64,000 nt of DNA from Eledone cirrhosa (GCA_964016885.1 OZ024743.1:31682001-31746000), one strand, 5' to 3'. Positions 14,104 to 28,822 are shown, numbered from the stretch's first letter. Notes: generated by a model not told the origin, from the sequence alone. Numbers and translations are program-made.

Positions 14104-14718
14104 CAGTGTGGCTCGGTACTTGCTCCCTGCTTGTGTATAGTGAATAGCTATCCATTCAAACAAAGTACATTGAGTTTTATTTTTTCATTAATACTTCATT
14201 TCTCATTTCTCATCTCTCATCTCTGTATTAGTGTTCTCTCTTTGGTATGGAACAGTGTTTTATTAATCTAATATTTCCAGACCCTCAAACAGATAAATTC
14301 TAGCACAAGTTTGCATAATATCTTGGCAATATTTAAACATCTGCTTCGCAGCAGATGTTCTTCTTCATAATTTTACAAAGGATGTACGATCATATCCATT
14401 TTAAATTTCAGATCATGTGAATGTTTATCATTTATGTTCCTTTTCATTTTTATTTCATAATATTTGAATGCCATATATTGGTATGATAAATTTTAAAAAA
14501 ATGGTTTACCTCCCTATCTATTGATGTTTCTCTCTTCTATGCTAAACATTCGTAAAATTAATAAAATTAATACTTTCATACAATTATTGGATTTAACCTA
14601 TGGGTTATACCCTGGAAGTATCTGCTCTTCCCCGCTGTGGATTGTACAAACATATTGATCTTTAAATCCTTCTCTGATTAAATCCTTCTCTGATTAATGA
14701 TTAATGAAATAATTTATA

Positions 14719-14785
<67 letters not shown>

Positions 14786-14817
14786 TAAGATCAAAAGATG
14801 GTTAAAAGAGTTCCATG

Positions 14818-14888
14818 TATTTTATTATGCGCATTTCAAAAACAAATATCATCATGAGATGACATTTGCGTTTTCGTCAGATAAAATA
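14818..14888 (-). ncRNA. Minimal hammerhead ribozyme, canonical CUGACGA core
   Basis: Exact reverse complement of 16471-16541. Confidence 0.8.
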
Positions 14889-16470
14889 GGGAGAGATGAT
14901 ATGAAGGTTAAAAAACACTTGTGAATAGTGCAGTTTTAAATCAACATATGAAAAGTAATTTAAGATTGATGTGAGATATTGGGAAAAAATGAGGGTGGGT
15001 TGGTAAGGATGAAAAAGTGGAGGAGATGAGAGTAAAGAATGGTTGGGGTGGAGAATAATAACGAAGGATGAGATAGGAGGAGAGATGGGTGATAGAAAGA
15101 GAGAGATAGCCTTTATAACTGAGAAAAGTATATATTGTTTCACAGAGTGACGTTAAAAAGCCGTTGGAAGATAATATATAATTTAAAAGAATTCGATAAT
15201 TGATGAAGAGAAAAAAATAAATGAAGAGCAAAAAAAAAAAAAAAATTAAGAATAATATTAAATTAAGGTTTGTATATTGAAGGGTTTAATAATATGTGCG
15301 ATGAAAAGAAATTGTTAATATGTATTAAGAATAATATTAAATTAAGGTTTGTATATTGAAGGGTTTAATAATATGTGCGATGAAAAGACATTGTTAATAT
15401 GTTTTATTAAAATTAAAATATTAATGTTATTAAGGATATAGTGTGAAAATAAGTAGAAGTTTGGATGCATTATGAATTTAGATGAATTTTTTGACGTTAG
15501 ATTATTCCTGCACAGTTCATTATATTTTTCTCCCTTTCATGCTCGTCTAACTTTTACATATTACATATCACAATACATAAAGACAAACTTAAACCCTAAC
15601 TAATCTCCTTTATTACATTATAGTATTACCATTAGGAAATACTTCATAAACATATATATTTTGATGTTAGAGTCTTCTCTTCCTTAAACACTATTTTCTT
15701 CTTTGCTCTCTGCGCTCATTTGTAAACAAACTATTTACATATATTACGCATACATATTACATTACATAAAAACAAACTTAAACACTAACTAATTCCTCTA
15801 AATTCATAATTCATCCACTCTTCTACTTCTTTTCACATTATATCCTTAATAACATTAATATTTTAATTTTAATAATACATATTAACAAATTCTTTTCATC
15901 GCACATATTATTAAACCCTTCAATATACAAACCTTAATTTAATATTATTCTTAATACATATTAACAATTTCTTTTCATCGCACATATCATTAAACCCTTC
16001 AATATACAAACCTTAATTTAATATTATTCTTAATACATATTAACAATATCTTTTCATCGCACATATTATTAAACCCTTCAATATATAAACCTTAATTTAA
16101 TATTATTCTTAATTTTTTTATTTTTGCTCTTCATTTATTTTTTCTCTTCATCAATTTTCAAATTCTTTTAAATTATATATTATCTTCCAACGGCTTTTTA
16201 ATCTCTCTCAGTGAAACAATATATATTGTTCTCAGTTATAAAGGCTATCGCTCTCTTTCTATCACCCATCTCTCCTCCTATCTCATCCTTCCTTATTATA
16301 CTCCTCCCCCACCATTCCTTACTCTCATCTCCTCCTCTTTTTCATCCTTTCCACCACCCACCCCCCTCATTTTTTCCCAATATCACACATAAATCTTAAA
16401 TCACTTTTCATATGTTGATTTAAAACTGCACTATTCACAAGTATTTTTTAACCTTCATATCATGTCTCCC

Positions 16471-16541
16471 TATTTTATCTGACGAAAACGCAAATGTCAT
16501 CTCATGATGATATTTGTTTTTGAAATGCGCATAATAAAATA
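16471..16541 (+). ncRNA. Minimal hammerhead ribozyme, canonical CUGACGA core
   Basis: tattttat-CTGACGA-aaacgcaaatgtcat..atgatatttgttttt-GAAA-TGCGCA-TA-ataaaata; 8-bp stem I, long stem II, palindromic TGCGCA stem III, AUA site. Confidence 0.82.
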
Positions 16542-16665
16542 CATGGAACTCTTTTAACCATCTTTTGATCTTATATTATTATTTATACTCCAGTCCTACA
16601 AACTGTAGAATGCTACTTATCCGATATCTGCATTGCTTTATTGTAGTACAATAAAACTCACCTCT

Positions 16666-16779
<114 letters not shown>

Positions 16780-16813
16780 GTATGTATATATATATTAGAA
16801 GATAGAAGCTTGT

Positions 16814-16847
16814 ATGAGTATTGACGTACATGTACGTCAATACTCAT
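16814..16847. repeat. Perfect 34-bp palindrome
   Basis: atgagtattgacgtaca|tgtacgtcaatactcat. Confidence 0.9.
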
Positions 16848-16920
16848 CTTTTTCCATTTCTCTGAGGGTTCTAAACCCCATTACCTGGCTAAAATTTCTT
16901 TAGTAAAAAAAAAAATATTA

Positions 16921-16965
<45 letters not shown>

Positions 16966-18337
16966 GGATACACACATTAATATAATATAACATTATTATC
17001 TCTCCATATATTTCAACAATTCTCAAAAACCATTCTTAATTATTTTAATATTTTTAAATATTCTTCGCACATTTTTACTCTTTTTACTCCTTTTAAGTAT
17101 TTATTTTTATCTTTTATTTTTCATATTTTATACCATTTTATATCACATTAGATATAAATTATTTATTTATTTATTTATCAATTTTTATATATTTTTTAAT
17201 ATATTTTTTCAGATATTTTTATATATCTACTTTTATTTTTATTTACATTTATTCATGAATTAATGTTTATTCATTTATTTGTTCCTCTATTCTTCTTTCT
17301 AACCTACGCTATTTCTACTTATGTTTCTCTCTTCACTATCTACCATCATCTTCTATATATCTGCTTCCTTTTATATTTCTATCTATAATAATTTCTCCTT
17401 TTTCTTCTTCTGTCTATTTTTCTTTTTCTTTTTCCTTCTTCTTCTTTCTACTTCCTTTACTTTCTTTGTTTACTGTATCTATCTCCCTTTCTTTCTCCTT
17501 TTCTCTCTATATCTTTATTATTAATATTATTATTGATGATGTAATTTGAATTTTTGAAATTTGCCGGTTAGATATATATTTTTTTAACAGTTTTCGATGA
17601 TCTAATAGAGTTAACATCGTACACAAAATTGAGTGGCACTGCTTTTAGTGTTCAGCAATCTTTAGACAACTCTATCAGTGAAACAATTATTAGACTGCAA
17701 ATAATTCCTTTTTTTGTACTGTTGACCATGTTATTCTCCACTTTTTCAATTTTATATATATATATGTGGGGGGGTGTATGTGTGTGTGTATGGTTGTGTG
17801 TGTGTGTGTGTGTGTGTGTATAATATTGTGTGTATCTTGAAATGTGTACATAATAAAGTCGACATTTTCTGTAGATTCATGTTCGAAACAACAGTGAGTA
17901 AATTGTGCACAAGAGAGTCGTTGACCTCTTGGGATTACCAACTTTATAACTTCATCTAAAGAAAATTGAAATGTGTAATGAAATTTCTACATAAAATGAT
18001 TTACTCCAATACCGTGCGTTGAAACTGAAACAATTTCGATGTTAGAAATATATATAGAAATTTAAGAATCAGACGCACTAAAGAGTTAATGCCAGAAGTA
18101 CAGAACTAAGAGCAAATGCTTTGACATAATATAGAATGTTATTAAGAAATAAACCAACACGTCTTTTCTTAAACGTCTTCAATATATCTTCCACCATGTA
18201 ATAGTCATCACTTTTGTGCATGTAAAACTTTATTCGGAAGTTACATTTAAAAATTTAAAATCATGATCATTACAAACATACACAAATATACGTAATATAT
18301 ATATATATGTTTATGTATATATATATGTAAATATATA

Positions 18338-18390
<53 letters not shown>

Positions 18391-18394
<4 letters not shown>

Positions 18395-19706
18395 CAAGAC
18401 AGATACTATTCAGTGCATATCTAGAGATGCGCTAGTGATAAGACACCCAAATTCCAAGTCTTCCCATTTTATCTTTGCGCTGACAATACAACAGAACAAA
18501 TACGAATAAATGAGGAAAATATGTTTATTCAAAAATATAGACCAGCGTTAAATATAGTTTAATATACAGTGTTAAATATAGTTTAACATGGTTAGCATGT
18601 TATGGTGTTATGTTAACACCATAACATGCTAAACATCCAAACAGACATATACATACACGCACACACACATAACACCTATATTCGAAAATAAAAACCAGAT
18701 CTAAGTAAACCTTAACATACGTTAATACTCCAACACCTTAACATGCTAATCATACCCCCCCCCCCACACACACACATATCTCTCTCCCCCATTTCTACTA
18801 ATGGAATCATATTCCTACACACACACACACAAAAGTATATATATTCTCTCCATCTTAACATGCTAACTATACTCCCACACACACATATACACACACATAT
18901 AACACCCATACACACACATACCTCCTTCCCCCATTTCTACTAATAGAATCATCTTCCTACACACACACACACACACATACACACACACCAGCACGCAAAT
19001 AAAATACATATCTCTACTTTCTTTATTTCAATAGAAAGTCTGAATTTTGACACCCCAGCACATCAGCCATACTCTCTAAACCAGAACAATTCTCCCCATC
19101 CCTTTTCTACAAAAAAATTCCCAAATACCGGCGCGAAATTTAATGTACTTGTTCAATGCCAGTCATAATTTCATTTATAACCAATCAAATTACATTTATA
19201 AAAAAACCTTCTTCAGCCACTTTTTTTAAGTAAAAAGAAATTCAAACACCAACTGGCGCGAAAGTTGCTGTGCTTATTCACGTGACGACATCAACCAACC
19301 AAATTTCACTCATATATGAAAAAACGACCTGGCCACCCGCCCATTTTTTTTAAAGGCAAATATAACAAGAACTTTGTAACGCGAACTAGCGTGAAATTTA
19401 ATATACTTATTCACATGACAGTCATGAACCAACCAAATTACTTTTCTAAAAGCCTAGCATTTCGAACCACTTTTTCCCATATAAAACAGAAGTAACATTC
19501 GAACACCAAACATATGCGAGAAAAACCACAAACCCTGCATCTCAATTCTACTTTTGAAAACCACAAGAACTGTGAAACCAGTGAAAGAACCAAATAAATA
19601 TTTTTAAAAAGACTCCCGTTGCATTTTCGATTTCATCATTTTTCCTTATACTTTCAGTCGTGTAGGACATCTCGTTTTTTTTTCATTTTGTAAAAAAACC
19701 TAATTT

Positions 19707-19710
<4 letters not shown>
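18391..19710 (+). mobile_element. 5'-truncated Neptune-type PLE (GIY-YIG C-terminus + 3' terminal repeat)
   Basis: 18394-18563 reads TRQILFSAYLE/CASDKTPKFQVFPFYLCADNTTEQIRINEENMFIQKYRPALN, aligning with PNFKIFPFYKCSDSFTQQQRINKENLFLNKFKPKLN of the 60.5-kb element; (TA)n at both ends; decayed UUGAAAA hammerhead at ~19551-19586. Confidence 0.82.
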
Positions 19711-19780
<70 letters not shown>

Positions 19781-19782
<2 letters not shown>

Positions 19783-20248
19783 AAAAAATGAAACTAAATT
19801 TCATTTCTCACTTTAGTACGGCTGTTACTTAAATATAAGTATGTATACGTATACACATATATGTATACAGACGTATGTATACATATATGTATGTACGTAT
19901 ACATACTTATATTTAAGTAACAGCGGTACTAAGAATGAGAAATGAAATTTCGTTTCATTTTTTCCATTTATCGTTTTCGGTGCGCCCGGCCGACTAACTC
20001 ACTCGATATGCAAATTAGGCTGCTCAGCCGTTAATATGCATAAAGAAAATATATACTTTCAGACGTTCAATCAACTGGCAGGAAGGTTTACTATGCTGAC
20101 CATAGCTAATAAGCTTGAAACTAGTACATCGTTCCTTTGTCGAACAAAACGGCAACGGTGTTTGCTAAACACTGTACGGCTTAATTTGGGCGGTTTGCTT
20201 ACAAACAAACCGAGCATTATAATAAATGTTCGGTAAACCCATACGTAC

Positions 20249-20313
<65 letters not shown>

Positions 20314-20382
20314 GATGTATGTATATATATTCATAGTACTGTATGTCTGTATACATATATGTATGTACGTATACATACTTAT
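19781..20382 (+). mobile_element. Fold-back remnant (arms 19781-19868 / 19874-19965) with a near-canonical hammerhead at 20093-20129
   Basis: atg-CTGACCA-tagc-taataa-gctt-GAAA-CTAG-TA-cat (G8 altered to C); related pieces at 55430-55500 and 55992-56035. Confidence 0.6.
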
Positions 20383-21010
20383 ATATATATATATAAAGAG
20401 ATTTTATTAACATAACGGTTAAAAATAACCATTGTTGGTAGCATTAATAAACCAACATTCGGATTGTTCATTACTTCATTAGCTTAAGATAATATAAGAT
20501 AAGTATAGTTCTTACGTTTAGAAATATCACAGCAGAGATAGGTGAATATTATTAGAAAGGAACAATATATCTTCAAACAATAAAACGATAAATAATTGTA
20601 AATAGGCATCTTTTACCGAAAATATAAAATCAATATTGAGAACATTGCAATTTATTTTCAAACTAAACAATATTCTGTCTCTACACTACTGTCAGTGCGA
20701 ACTCCAATTCTTTATTTGTTTACTGCGTTCTTTTTTTTGTCAATGCTTTTTTTTTTATTCTTCATATCTTGTTTTCGTTTGAGTTTTAATTTTGAATATT
20801 TTTCTAGAATTTTCTATTTATTATGAGAAAATTCAATCACATTTCTAAAATACTACTCTTGTTTAACATCATTTTCGTTATATTAATATTGATATTAAAG
20901 ATGATGATGACGATTAAAATGATGATGGTGAAGGTGATCCTCGTGATGATCAAGGACGTGAATAGTGATGGTGAGGAAAAGGATAATGGTGTTGTTGTAA
21001 ATTTGCTGCA

Positions 21011-21012
21011 GC

Positions 21013-21051
<39 letters not shown>

Positions 21052-21082
21052 CGTAGTAGTAGCAGCAGTAGTGGCGGTAATG

Positions 21083-21146
<64 letters not shown>

Positions 21147-21380
21147 AAGTAGTAGTAGTAGCAGTGGTGGCAGTAGTAGTAGTAGTAGTAGTAGCAGTAG
21201 TAGTAGCAACAACAGCAGCAGCAGTAGTAGTAGTAGTAGAGGCGGCGGTGTTGCTGGTGCTGGTAGAAGCGCCGGCAGTGGCAGCAACAGAAATAGCAGC
21301 AGCAGAATCAGCAGTAGCAGTTGTAGTAGTAGTAGTAGTAGTAGTAGTACTAGCAGCAGCAGCAACAGCAGTAGCAGTAG
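21011..21380. repeat. (TAG)n/(CAG)n trinucleotide microsatellite
   Basis: Direct inspection; it produces the poly-V/L/T ORFs in the track. Confidence 0.95.
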
Positions 21381-22724
21381 ATGTGTTTAATTCCATATAT
21401 GCCACAAATGTACAGAACTATCATATCAGCCCTTCCAGCCGTGTCATTCCCTTATTTTCATATATTTCTGTATATCTAGTACTAGATCATCAAATGTTGA
21501 AATGCCTTATGGTGTTGCTTTCGGAACTGTTCACATGCATTTCTGGTACGTTGAGCAACAGCGTAGTCTTATTCATTGTTTTTTTAATAGTAGCAGTTTT
21601 AGTAGTGATTCGTCTTATGTTATAATGCAAAAGCAATGTCGTACAGGCTGCGTACCTTCAACGTTGTTATTGTTGGTATATGCTACATATGTTGCTCATA
21701 CTGGTCGTGTTATCGGTGTTAGCATCATTGTCCGTTTTTTTGTCGTTGTTCCGCATATAATTGTAGGTATTTATTCATTGAGACTAGCAAAGAAGGAAAG
21801 CGATAAACTCCAGTACATGGATTACTGACGGTTGATGCAGTACATCAAAATAAGTTTTCTTAATACCAAAGGACTGTTCCAAAGGCTTTGAAGAAATGGG
21901 GATTTGGTAAAAGCACCATCGAATCTGTTCATGTTGAACCATCCAGGGTATTAAATATATGAACTAAAACAGAATATTGATAGGGAACATTCCGCAGTGC
22001 TCTGAACACTTCGATCAAAACGTTATTGCAAATAGAATATTTTTAACCAAGTAGCTATAACTGAATGTTGCTGTCGATTCTACTGCTGCTTTTGTTGGAG
22101 GCTGTATTCCGAGTGTTGTTGATTTAGTGTAAATAAATATATGAAAGGAGAAAAGAAAGAAATGGGTGCTAAACAAAGAGACTGGTGAAACCTGATAATA
22201 GAAAAATAGTGAAACGAAAATGTGTGAGAGAGGGAGACATAAAAGAGAGAAGACATTTTCTTTCTGAAAATGAGCAATAGAGAAAGAAAGAGGAATGATA
22301 AAGAAAATGATGAAACAGTTGGCTGAAAAATTACGAAAGAAAGAAATGAGTGAAAATGATAAAATTGGGTAAAACACAAATAGACTGTGAAAGGACAATA
22401 GAGAAGGAAAATTGACAGCGAGATAGAGATACGTGAGGTGTGAATGAAAGAAAGTTTTAGGGTAAATATATGTTGAGGGGTAGGAAAAGAAACCGAAAAA
22501 TCGGAAGAAATAAAGCAAAGAAAACAAAGAAATATAAATTCCCAGTTTGAACATCAGAAAAAAGTTATACGAAAGAAAGGAGAACGGAATACAATAACAT
22601 AGAAATTACTAGAGGATGACGAGAATACGGAAGTAAAAACAAAATAAAGTAGACTACAGAAAGAAAGAATGAATAAAATTATTTGAATCATTGACATAGT
22701 GGCGGATGAAGAAGCAGAATATAA

Positions 22725-24458
22725 CACAGTGTAACATATTTTTTGTTCTAAGTGTCATTTTCTGGTGTGTTATATCCCATTATTATAAAAAAACACTATT
22801 ATTTAATCAAAAGTTTGGGTTTGTGGTCAGGAGTTTGACATTTCGAAATTTTCATATTTTTCAAGAAAAAACACATTTTTTTAAAATTTATCAGTTCATA
22901 TAATTAAATCAAGAGTATATATTAATTTTATTACACAAGCTTATCAAAAACAAACAAGTAAAAACAAATAACACTTATAAAGCAACATATACACGTCAGA
23001 AATGACTGGATTTTCTGGATTTGCAGGTTGTAGTCCAGGTCGCATTCACGCACTAGCCTTCAGATATAGTCCCCCATCATTTTTCACTGTAGTGGCTCTG
23101 GGACCTCCGCTCTATCTCGTTCACATCTTGGTCAAATTGTTCGCCTAGTTCTTCTGAGTAGGCGCCCATATTGTCCTTGAATTTTTACAGGTAAGCGTCC
23201 AGCATATGGAGTTTAAGCGACATCCTGCATCCCATGGCGCCAAAAGCCATTTATCAGATCCTGCACCAGTTGCTGGTAGTTTTCAGCTCTGTAGTTGCCC
23301 AGGAAGCCCTTAACAACTGCCTTGAAACAGTTCCATGCTGTTCTCTCAATCCTATTGAGCTTATTGGAGAACTCGATAGACTCAAAGACCTTCTTTATCT
23401 GAGTTCAACAAAAATTCCACCTTTGATTTTAGCTTCAGATAACTTGGGGAAGAACTCAAGAAAGTACTTAAAAGCGGCTGATTCTTGGTTGAGAGCCTTC
23501 ACAAACTGCTTCATCAATCCCAACTTAATTTGCAGTGGCGGCATGAGCACAATCCTGGGATCAACCAGTGGCTCCCACATGACGTTCCGGGTCCCAACTA
23601 CAAATTCTGTTCGCTGCTCCCAGTTCTTTCTTTTATAGTGATCAGAGGTGGCCTTGCTGTCCCAAAGGCAGAGAAAGCATTGGAATGTCATAAAGCCTCA
23701 TTGGAGTCCAAGCAGGAAAGCCACCATCTTGAAGTCTCCAATGATTTCCCAATTGGACTGATTGTATTGCAGAGTTTCCAAGAGGACTTTCACACTGTAG
23801 TAATCGCCCTTCAGGCAGACTGAATGAGCTAGGGGAAGTGTTTGGAACTTGTTCCCTTTGTGGAGGAGGACAGCTTTCAAACTTGTGGTGGTGCTGTCTA
23901 TAAATAGCCGCCATTCCTTGGGCACAAACGGCACCCCAATAACGTCAAACAGTCCAGGCATGTCATGGCAGAAGCAAAGGCTATCCCTAAGAGTGTAAAA
24001 GTCGGAGAAATGTTCGTGTCGACTTCTCTGACTTGTCACCTGCACTTCCTCCTCGACCAAGTTCCACTGCTTCATCATGGAGACGAATGCTTAAAACACA
24101 ACTTACTCTTTATTCAGGGTGCGAAAATCCAGTATCAATAAATCTCTGTAATCCACCTTTTAACAATTGTATACTTTATTGCACTTTTAGAATTTTCTTT
24201 AGGTATTACTCTTTATTTTATAAGTTTAATTTAACTTGAAACATATATAAACAAAATCATTTAACATAAGCAAATTAAACTTACATACAACGTAAATTCA
24301 TTCAGCAAACAAATAATTATAGTGAATAGCTTAGAATTTTTACAAACCCATACTTTTAACTGTTTAATAGCACTTTTTTATTTATTTGGGACCTAAGCAA
24401 CACAAAAAAGTGATTACAAGCCAGGAACAGAGAAAAAGAATTTTTTGGTTAGACGGTG
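22725..24458 (-). mobile_element. Chapaev3-like (CMC superfamily) DNA transposon, internally deleted, TAA TSD
   Basis: taa|CACAGTGTAAC...GTTAGACGGTG|taa with imperfect ~100-bp terminal similarity; transposase motifs WRLFIDS..SLKAVLLHKGN, WEIIGDFKMVAFLLGLQ, CFLCLWDS, PPLQIKLGLMKQFVKAL, MSLKLH..SEELGEQFDQD. Confidence 0.82.
23030..24078 (-). pseudogene. Chapaev-type transposase pseudogene (frameshifted, N-terminus deleted)
   Basis: ORF pieces 23698-24078 and 23395-23691 plus downstream motifs in other frames. Confidence 0.8.
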
Positions 24459-25001
24459 TAATGGAAGTATGTTAGAATGAAAGCAGATAGGAAATAATTT
24501 TAGAAATACACGAATAGTCAAGTAGAAAAATAAAATTAACGAGATCCAATAGTAGGGCGATGACAGTGCAATGTTGGTCTACATTTAGCCATCATATATT
24601 TCTAAAAGTATGCAAAGCATTGATATAATCTCTATTGTAATGTACACCGATTTATTCGAGCTATTATAGATTGATGTTACAGCCAGTTTAGTTTTGCACA
24701 TGATATATATGGTTTTGCTATCGGAGTAGACGTTTCTCTGGTGCATTCTTTTCTAGTGTTTCATTTTATAGAATGGTTGCAAATAAAAAAAATTAAATAC
24801 TGATCAAAGAATGTATTCTATGTATATGTCTTACAAAAACCAGATATTGTATATTGTACAAAATATGATAAATAAGAACATTTCTTTATACGCGTATGCA
24901 TCTAAATATATATGTACACACACACACACATACAAGCGCGTGACAGCACAGGCACACACACACACTCATACATACATACATGTATACATACATACACACA
25001 C

Positions 25002-25070
<69 letters not shown>

Positions 25071-25139
25071 GCCACACACAAAAACACACACACACACACA
25101 CACATGCACACATACGCACACACACACACACACAAACAC

Positions 25140-25191
<52 letters not shown>

Positions 25192-25479
25192 TAAAATGGC
25201 TGTATCTATGGACTTGGTAAACCTGTACGTACATTTCACTTCCATGATACGATCTGTAATTTAAATTATTTTTCGATTATTATTCATGTTCTTGGTTTGA
25301 TGTATGCTAAATATTCTGTCTTAAACTCATTATTTTCTGAATCATGTGTGGTACAAGTGGTCTAATGCTTATCTTCGGATCTCTCAATGGAATGTGAAAC
25401 TATGCATCAATAGGAGGTTTAATCATGAGTAGTTGTTTCTATAATAAGAAATTAGTCACGTTTAAGACGGGCCTCCAAT

Positions 25480-25612
25480 AGTTTCCTCTATTCAATTTCG
25501 ATCACAATACTTGGATTAAACCAAAGCTATAATAAGCCCACTTAGCCAAGTTGCCACACGTTGGGACTGAAGCCTAGGCTTTATGTGTGCCAAGCCAAGA
25601 TCTTATCCACTC
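25480..25612 (-). mobile_element. Degenerate tRNA-derived SINE of a second family
   Basis: Minus strand gtggataagatcttggcttggcacacat...ggcttcagtcccaacgtgtggcaacttggctaagtg resembles a SINE tRNA head followed by a core-like segment. Confidence 0.5.
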
Positions 25613-25809
25613 GATGCTCAGACGAACCACTTTTCGAATTAACAATGCTTATTTTCTAAATTAATTAATTTAGGAGTCATTTCTGATTTAAGTCGTCTGA
25701 TTATAAATTGTCATTTACTATCTGATACCATATCGGTTTCGGTCATTCGCATACCCGAATATCAATTTTCATTTTCATCTCAAGCATATGTATTTACTTT
25801 ATAATAATG

Positions 25810-25824
25810 ATAGTAGTAGTAGTG

Positions 25825-25900
<76 letters not shown>
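25810..25900. repeat. (TAG)n microsatellite
   Basis: Direct inspection. Confidence 0.95.
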
Positions 25901-25901
<1 letters not shown>

Positions 25902-26307
25902 TGCAGCAGCAGCATCAATTGCTATTTCAGTTGATGATATACTGGCAAACATATAGGAAATGTTCGACTTGTAAGAATTATATCAGAACGAAAAACAGAA
26001 TATCACTTTCATTCAAATCACTGGAGAATATGTCAATTGAAATAAATTCATCGGAACACATACTCCACGATTACATTTCTTCCAAAAGGAGAATACTAAC
26101 ATATGAAAATCACCACTTGTACAGAAATGTACTTCTTTCCTTGTCATGTTAATCTCTATAACATTAAACACAACAGATTTTAAATAATAATAGAATTAAA
26201 ATAACTAAAAATAAAAATAACTAAACGACGACGTTTATTACTCTAAATCAATAGATTTGAAAAAATACAGAGAGAAAAGAAAATATTATATGTCTGAGAG
26301 TGTCTGT

Positions 26308-26358
<51 letters not shown>

Positions 26359-26679
26359 CTTTTCGTCTGACATAGATTTAGAAAGATTCTGTGATCAATG
26401 TATTATTTGTTTTGTTATTTTATAACCCTACTATCAAATGATTCTCAATCATAAAAGAATGCACCAGAAACAAGATTTCTTCGGAAACAAAAACATATTA
26501 ATCTAGTGCAAAACTGACTCTTCTGGTTGAGAAGAAATCGGATAAATATGTATGATTTGGATCATATGATATATATAAATATAAATGTGTGTGTGTGTAT
26601 CTGTGTTGTATTTGTTAAATAATTCAGTTATTTTATGTATATATATATATGTGTGTGTGTGTATATATATGTATATATA

Positions 26680-27084
26680 TTACTTCAAAATATTAATAAA
26701 TATAGACATTCATGTGATCAACTATATTTTATTATATATATTTCATAGATACTGAGCTATTTCAACAGTACGTCCTCATCATATAAAATAAGTTGATGCC
26801 TGACATACCTTGACTATGTTGATTGTTATAATTTAGTCATGGCAGTAATTATATGACTAAATTATAACCATCAACATAGTCAGGTATGTCAGGCATCAAC
26901 TTATTTTATCTGATGAGGAAGTACTGTTGAAATAGCTCAGTATCTCTGAAATATGTATAATAAAATATATTTGATCACATGAATGTCTATATTTTTTAAT
27001 ATTTTGAAGTAATAGAGTGCTTCTAATCTATTGTGAAACTTTATTCATTGATGAATTCATTGAACCTTGTTAAACTTTTAATCA

Positions 27085-27088
<4 letters not shown>
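26680..27088 (+). mobile_element. Fold-back PLE pLTR remnant (arms 26680-26840 / 26853-27013)
   Basis: ~160-bp arms with a 12-bp spacer, between TA-rich tracts; hammerhead motif in both arms. Confidence 0.8.
26902..26967 (+). ncRNA. Minimal hammerhead ribozyme, canonical CUGAUGA core
   Basis: tattttat-CTGATGA-ggaagtactg..cagtatctct-GAAA-TATGTA-TA-ataaaata; the inverted copy in the left arm has C3 changed to A. Confidence 0.78.
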
Positions 27089-27156
<68 letters not shown>

Positions 27157-27648
27157 CCGACGGACTATAAGAACCACCACATTTTCCATGATGTCACATA
27201 AAATCCTATGTACTTGCTTTAGCTTAATTGGTTTAAATAAATGTTTTTCTCTCGTCTCTTACTCCACTGCACAATGCTTGGCTTATATCAGACGCTGTAG
27301 CACCGGGTGGACCAGCAGTAGCGTTTGTAGGGGTCCAAACTGCCAAAGTCCATCTCAACAGCCGATGACTCTCTGTCTTTCGTTTATATTTTTTTAATTA
27401 AATTTTTAAGTTCCCCTTCAAAAAAGTGTGTTTCGTGTTGCCTTGTCCTATGTTTGTTAATTTTCCTAGTTCAACATTATATATACGAGAGGGGCTTCAA
27501 AATGTTCGTGGGCAAAAAATGTAATTTAGATGGCAGCACGGACCATATCTATGAGTAGAAACAACAGCTATAATCTTTATTTCTACACGATTTTCTAGGA
27601 TTTTATTTTTCGGTTTATTTTCCAGATGCCTGATGAGGTCATAATAGT

Positions 27649-27698
<50 letters not shown>

Positions 27699-27702
<4 letters not shown>

Positions 27703-27980
27703 TACTTCGGGAGGGTCATATTGTTGTAATAATATTCCGAGAAATAATAACAGAACACACTCACTATGTGGTTGGTTTTCGCTCCTGTATCTTATATATC
27801 TTCACAGTTAATTCATTTGGTCCTCAATGTTTATCATTGACTGACAAACGGTCAAAAATACAGATATAAACACACATATATAGTCTAACAAAGTTCTTTC
27901 GTTTCACATCAGCAACATCATCAGTCTGTTATTGTTTCTGGCAATATTATTACAACAATATGACCCTCCCCAAGTATAAC
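27699..27980. repeat. Inverted repeat, ~55-bp arms with ~170-bp spacer
   Basis: gttatacttcgggagggtcatattgttgtaataatatt / aatattattacaacaatatgaccctccccaagtataac. Confidence 0.75.
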
Positions 27981-28087
27981 AATAGTTGTTTCGACACACG
28001 ATTTCACATCAAAAACCTCGCAAAACAAATACATATATATATATGTATATATATATGTATATATACATATGTGTGTGTGTGTGTCTC

Positions 28088-28118
<31 letters not shown>

Positions 28119-28709
28119 GTCTATATATATGTATATACACACACACAAGCACATATGTGAATATAGAATTTTAAACTGGCTTATTTCCTCAATTTGAAAC
28201 CCAATTATCTGCTTTGTCACTCCTAGTAATTCACATTGTTCTGTCTGTGTGAACATGGTGGGTGGGGTCTTGGTCTCGTGTCTTGGTGCTGGATTGAAAA
28301 AAGTCCCTTCTGTGCAGGAATGATTGAACTGATGGTCAGGCTGTTATCGTCTGACAAAATGAAGCAAATATCACCTGTTTTTGTGTGTATGCACGTTTGT
28401 ATGTTTATGATGGCTGCATTTCACTTTCGAGAATAGGCATCACTTGATTCTTTTCTTACACATGAGGGGAGGCATAAATATGATTCTTTACTCCTGCCAA
28501 GGACATACATTCCCTCCCGCTTATGCCGCGGGGAGGGGGTGAAATTTAAAAAAATACTACTTTTTAGCTGCAGTCAGCCAAGCTCAGGCAACACACATGT
28601 AAGATGTTTAGATCAAGAGATGCCTGTGCTTGAAGGCTTTTTAAGTGAGGAAAAGCCTTACCATTGAACTAATCCCACTCTGTCAATATATATATATATG
28701 TATATATAT

Positions 28710-28822
28710 AGGAAAATGTTTGACCCCGACGGCAGAGCTCACGCCGTTTCGACGGCTATTTCTGAACTGGAAATAGCCGTCGAAACGACTTGAGGTCTGC
28801 CTTTGGGGTCAAATATTTTCCT
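28710..28822. repeat. GC-rich hairpin (probable fold-back PLE end)
   Basis: ggaaaat.tttgacccc..ggcaga...cgtttcgacggctatttc / gaaatagccgtcgaaacg...tctgcc..ggggtcaaatattttcc, next to (TA)n. Confidence 0.75.

Noticed and set aside
15246-16113. 79-bp repeated units as a possible CRISPR-like array
   Set aside because: Head-to-tail tandem copies with no unique spacers, eukaryotic context and no cas genes.
20895-21625. Poly-Leu/Thr/Val ORFs resembling mucin or membrane proteins
   Set aside because: Product of a (TAG)n microsatellite; no splice or domain support.
27484-27560. tacgag...tcaaaatgttcgtgg mariner-like terminal repeat
   Set aside because: No partner TIR or transposase sequence found nearby.
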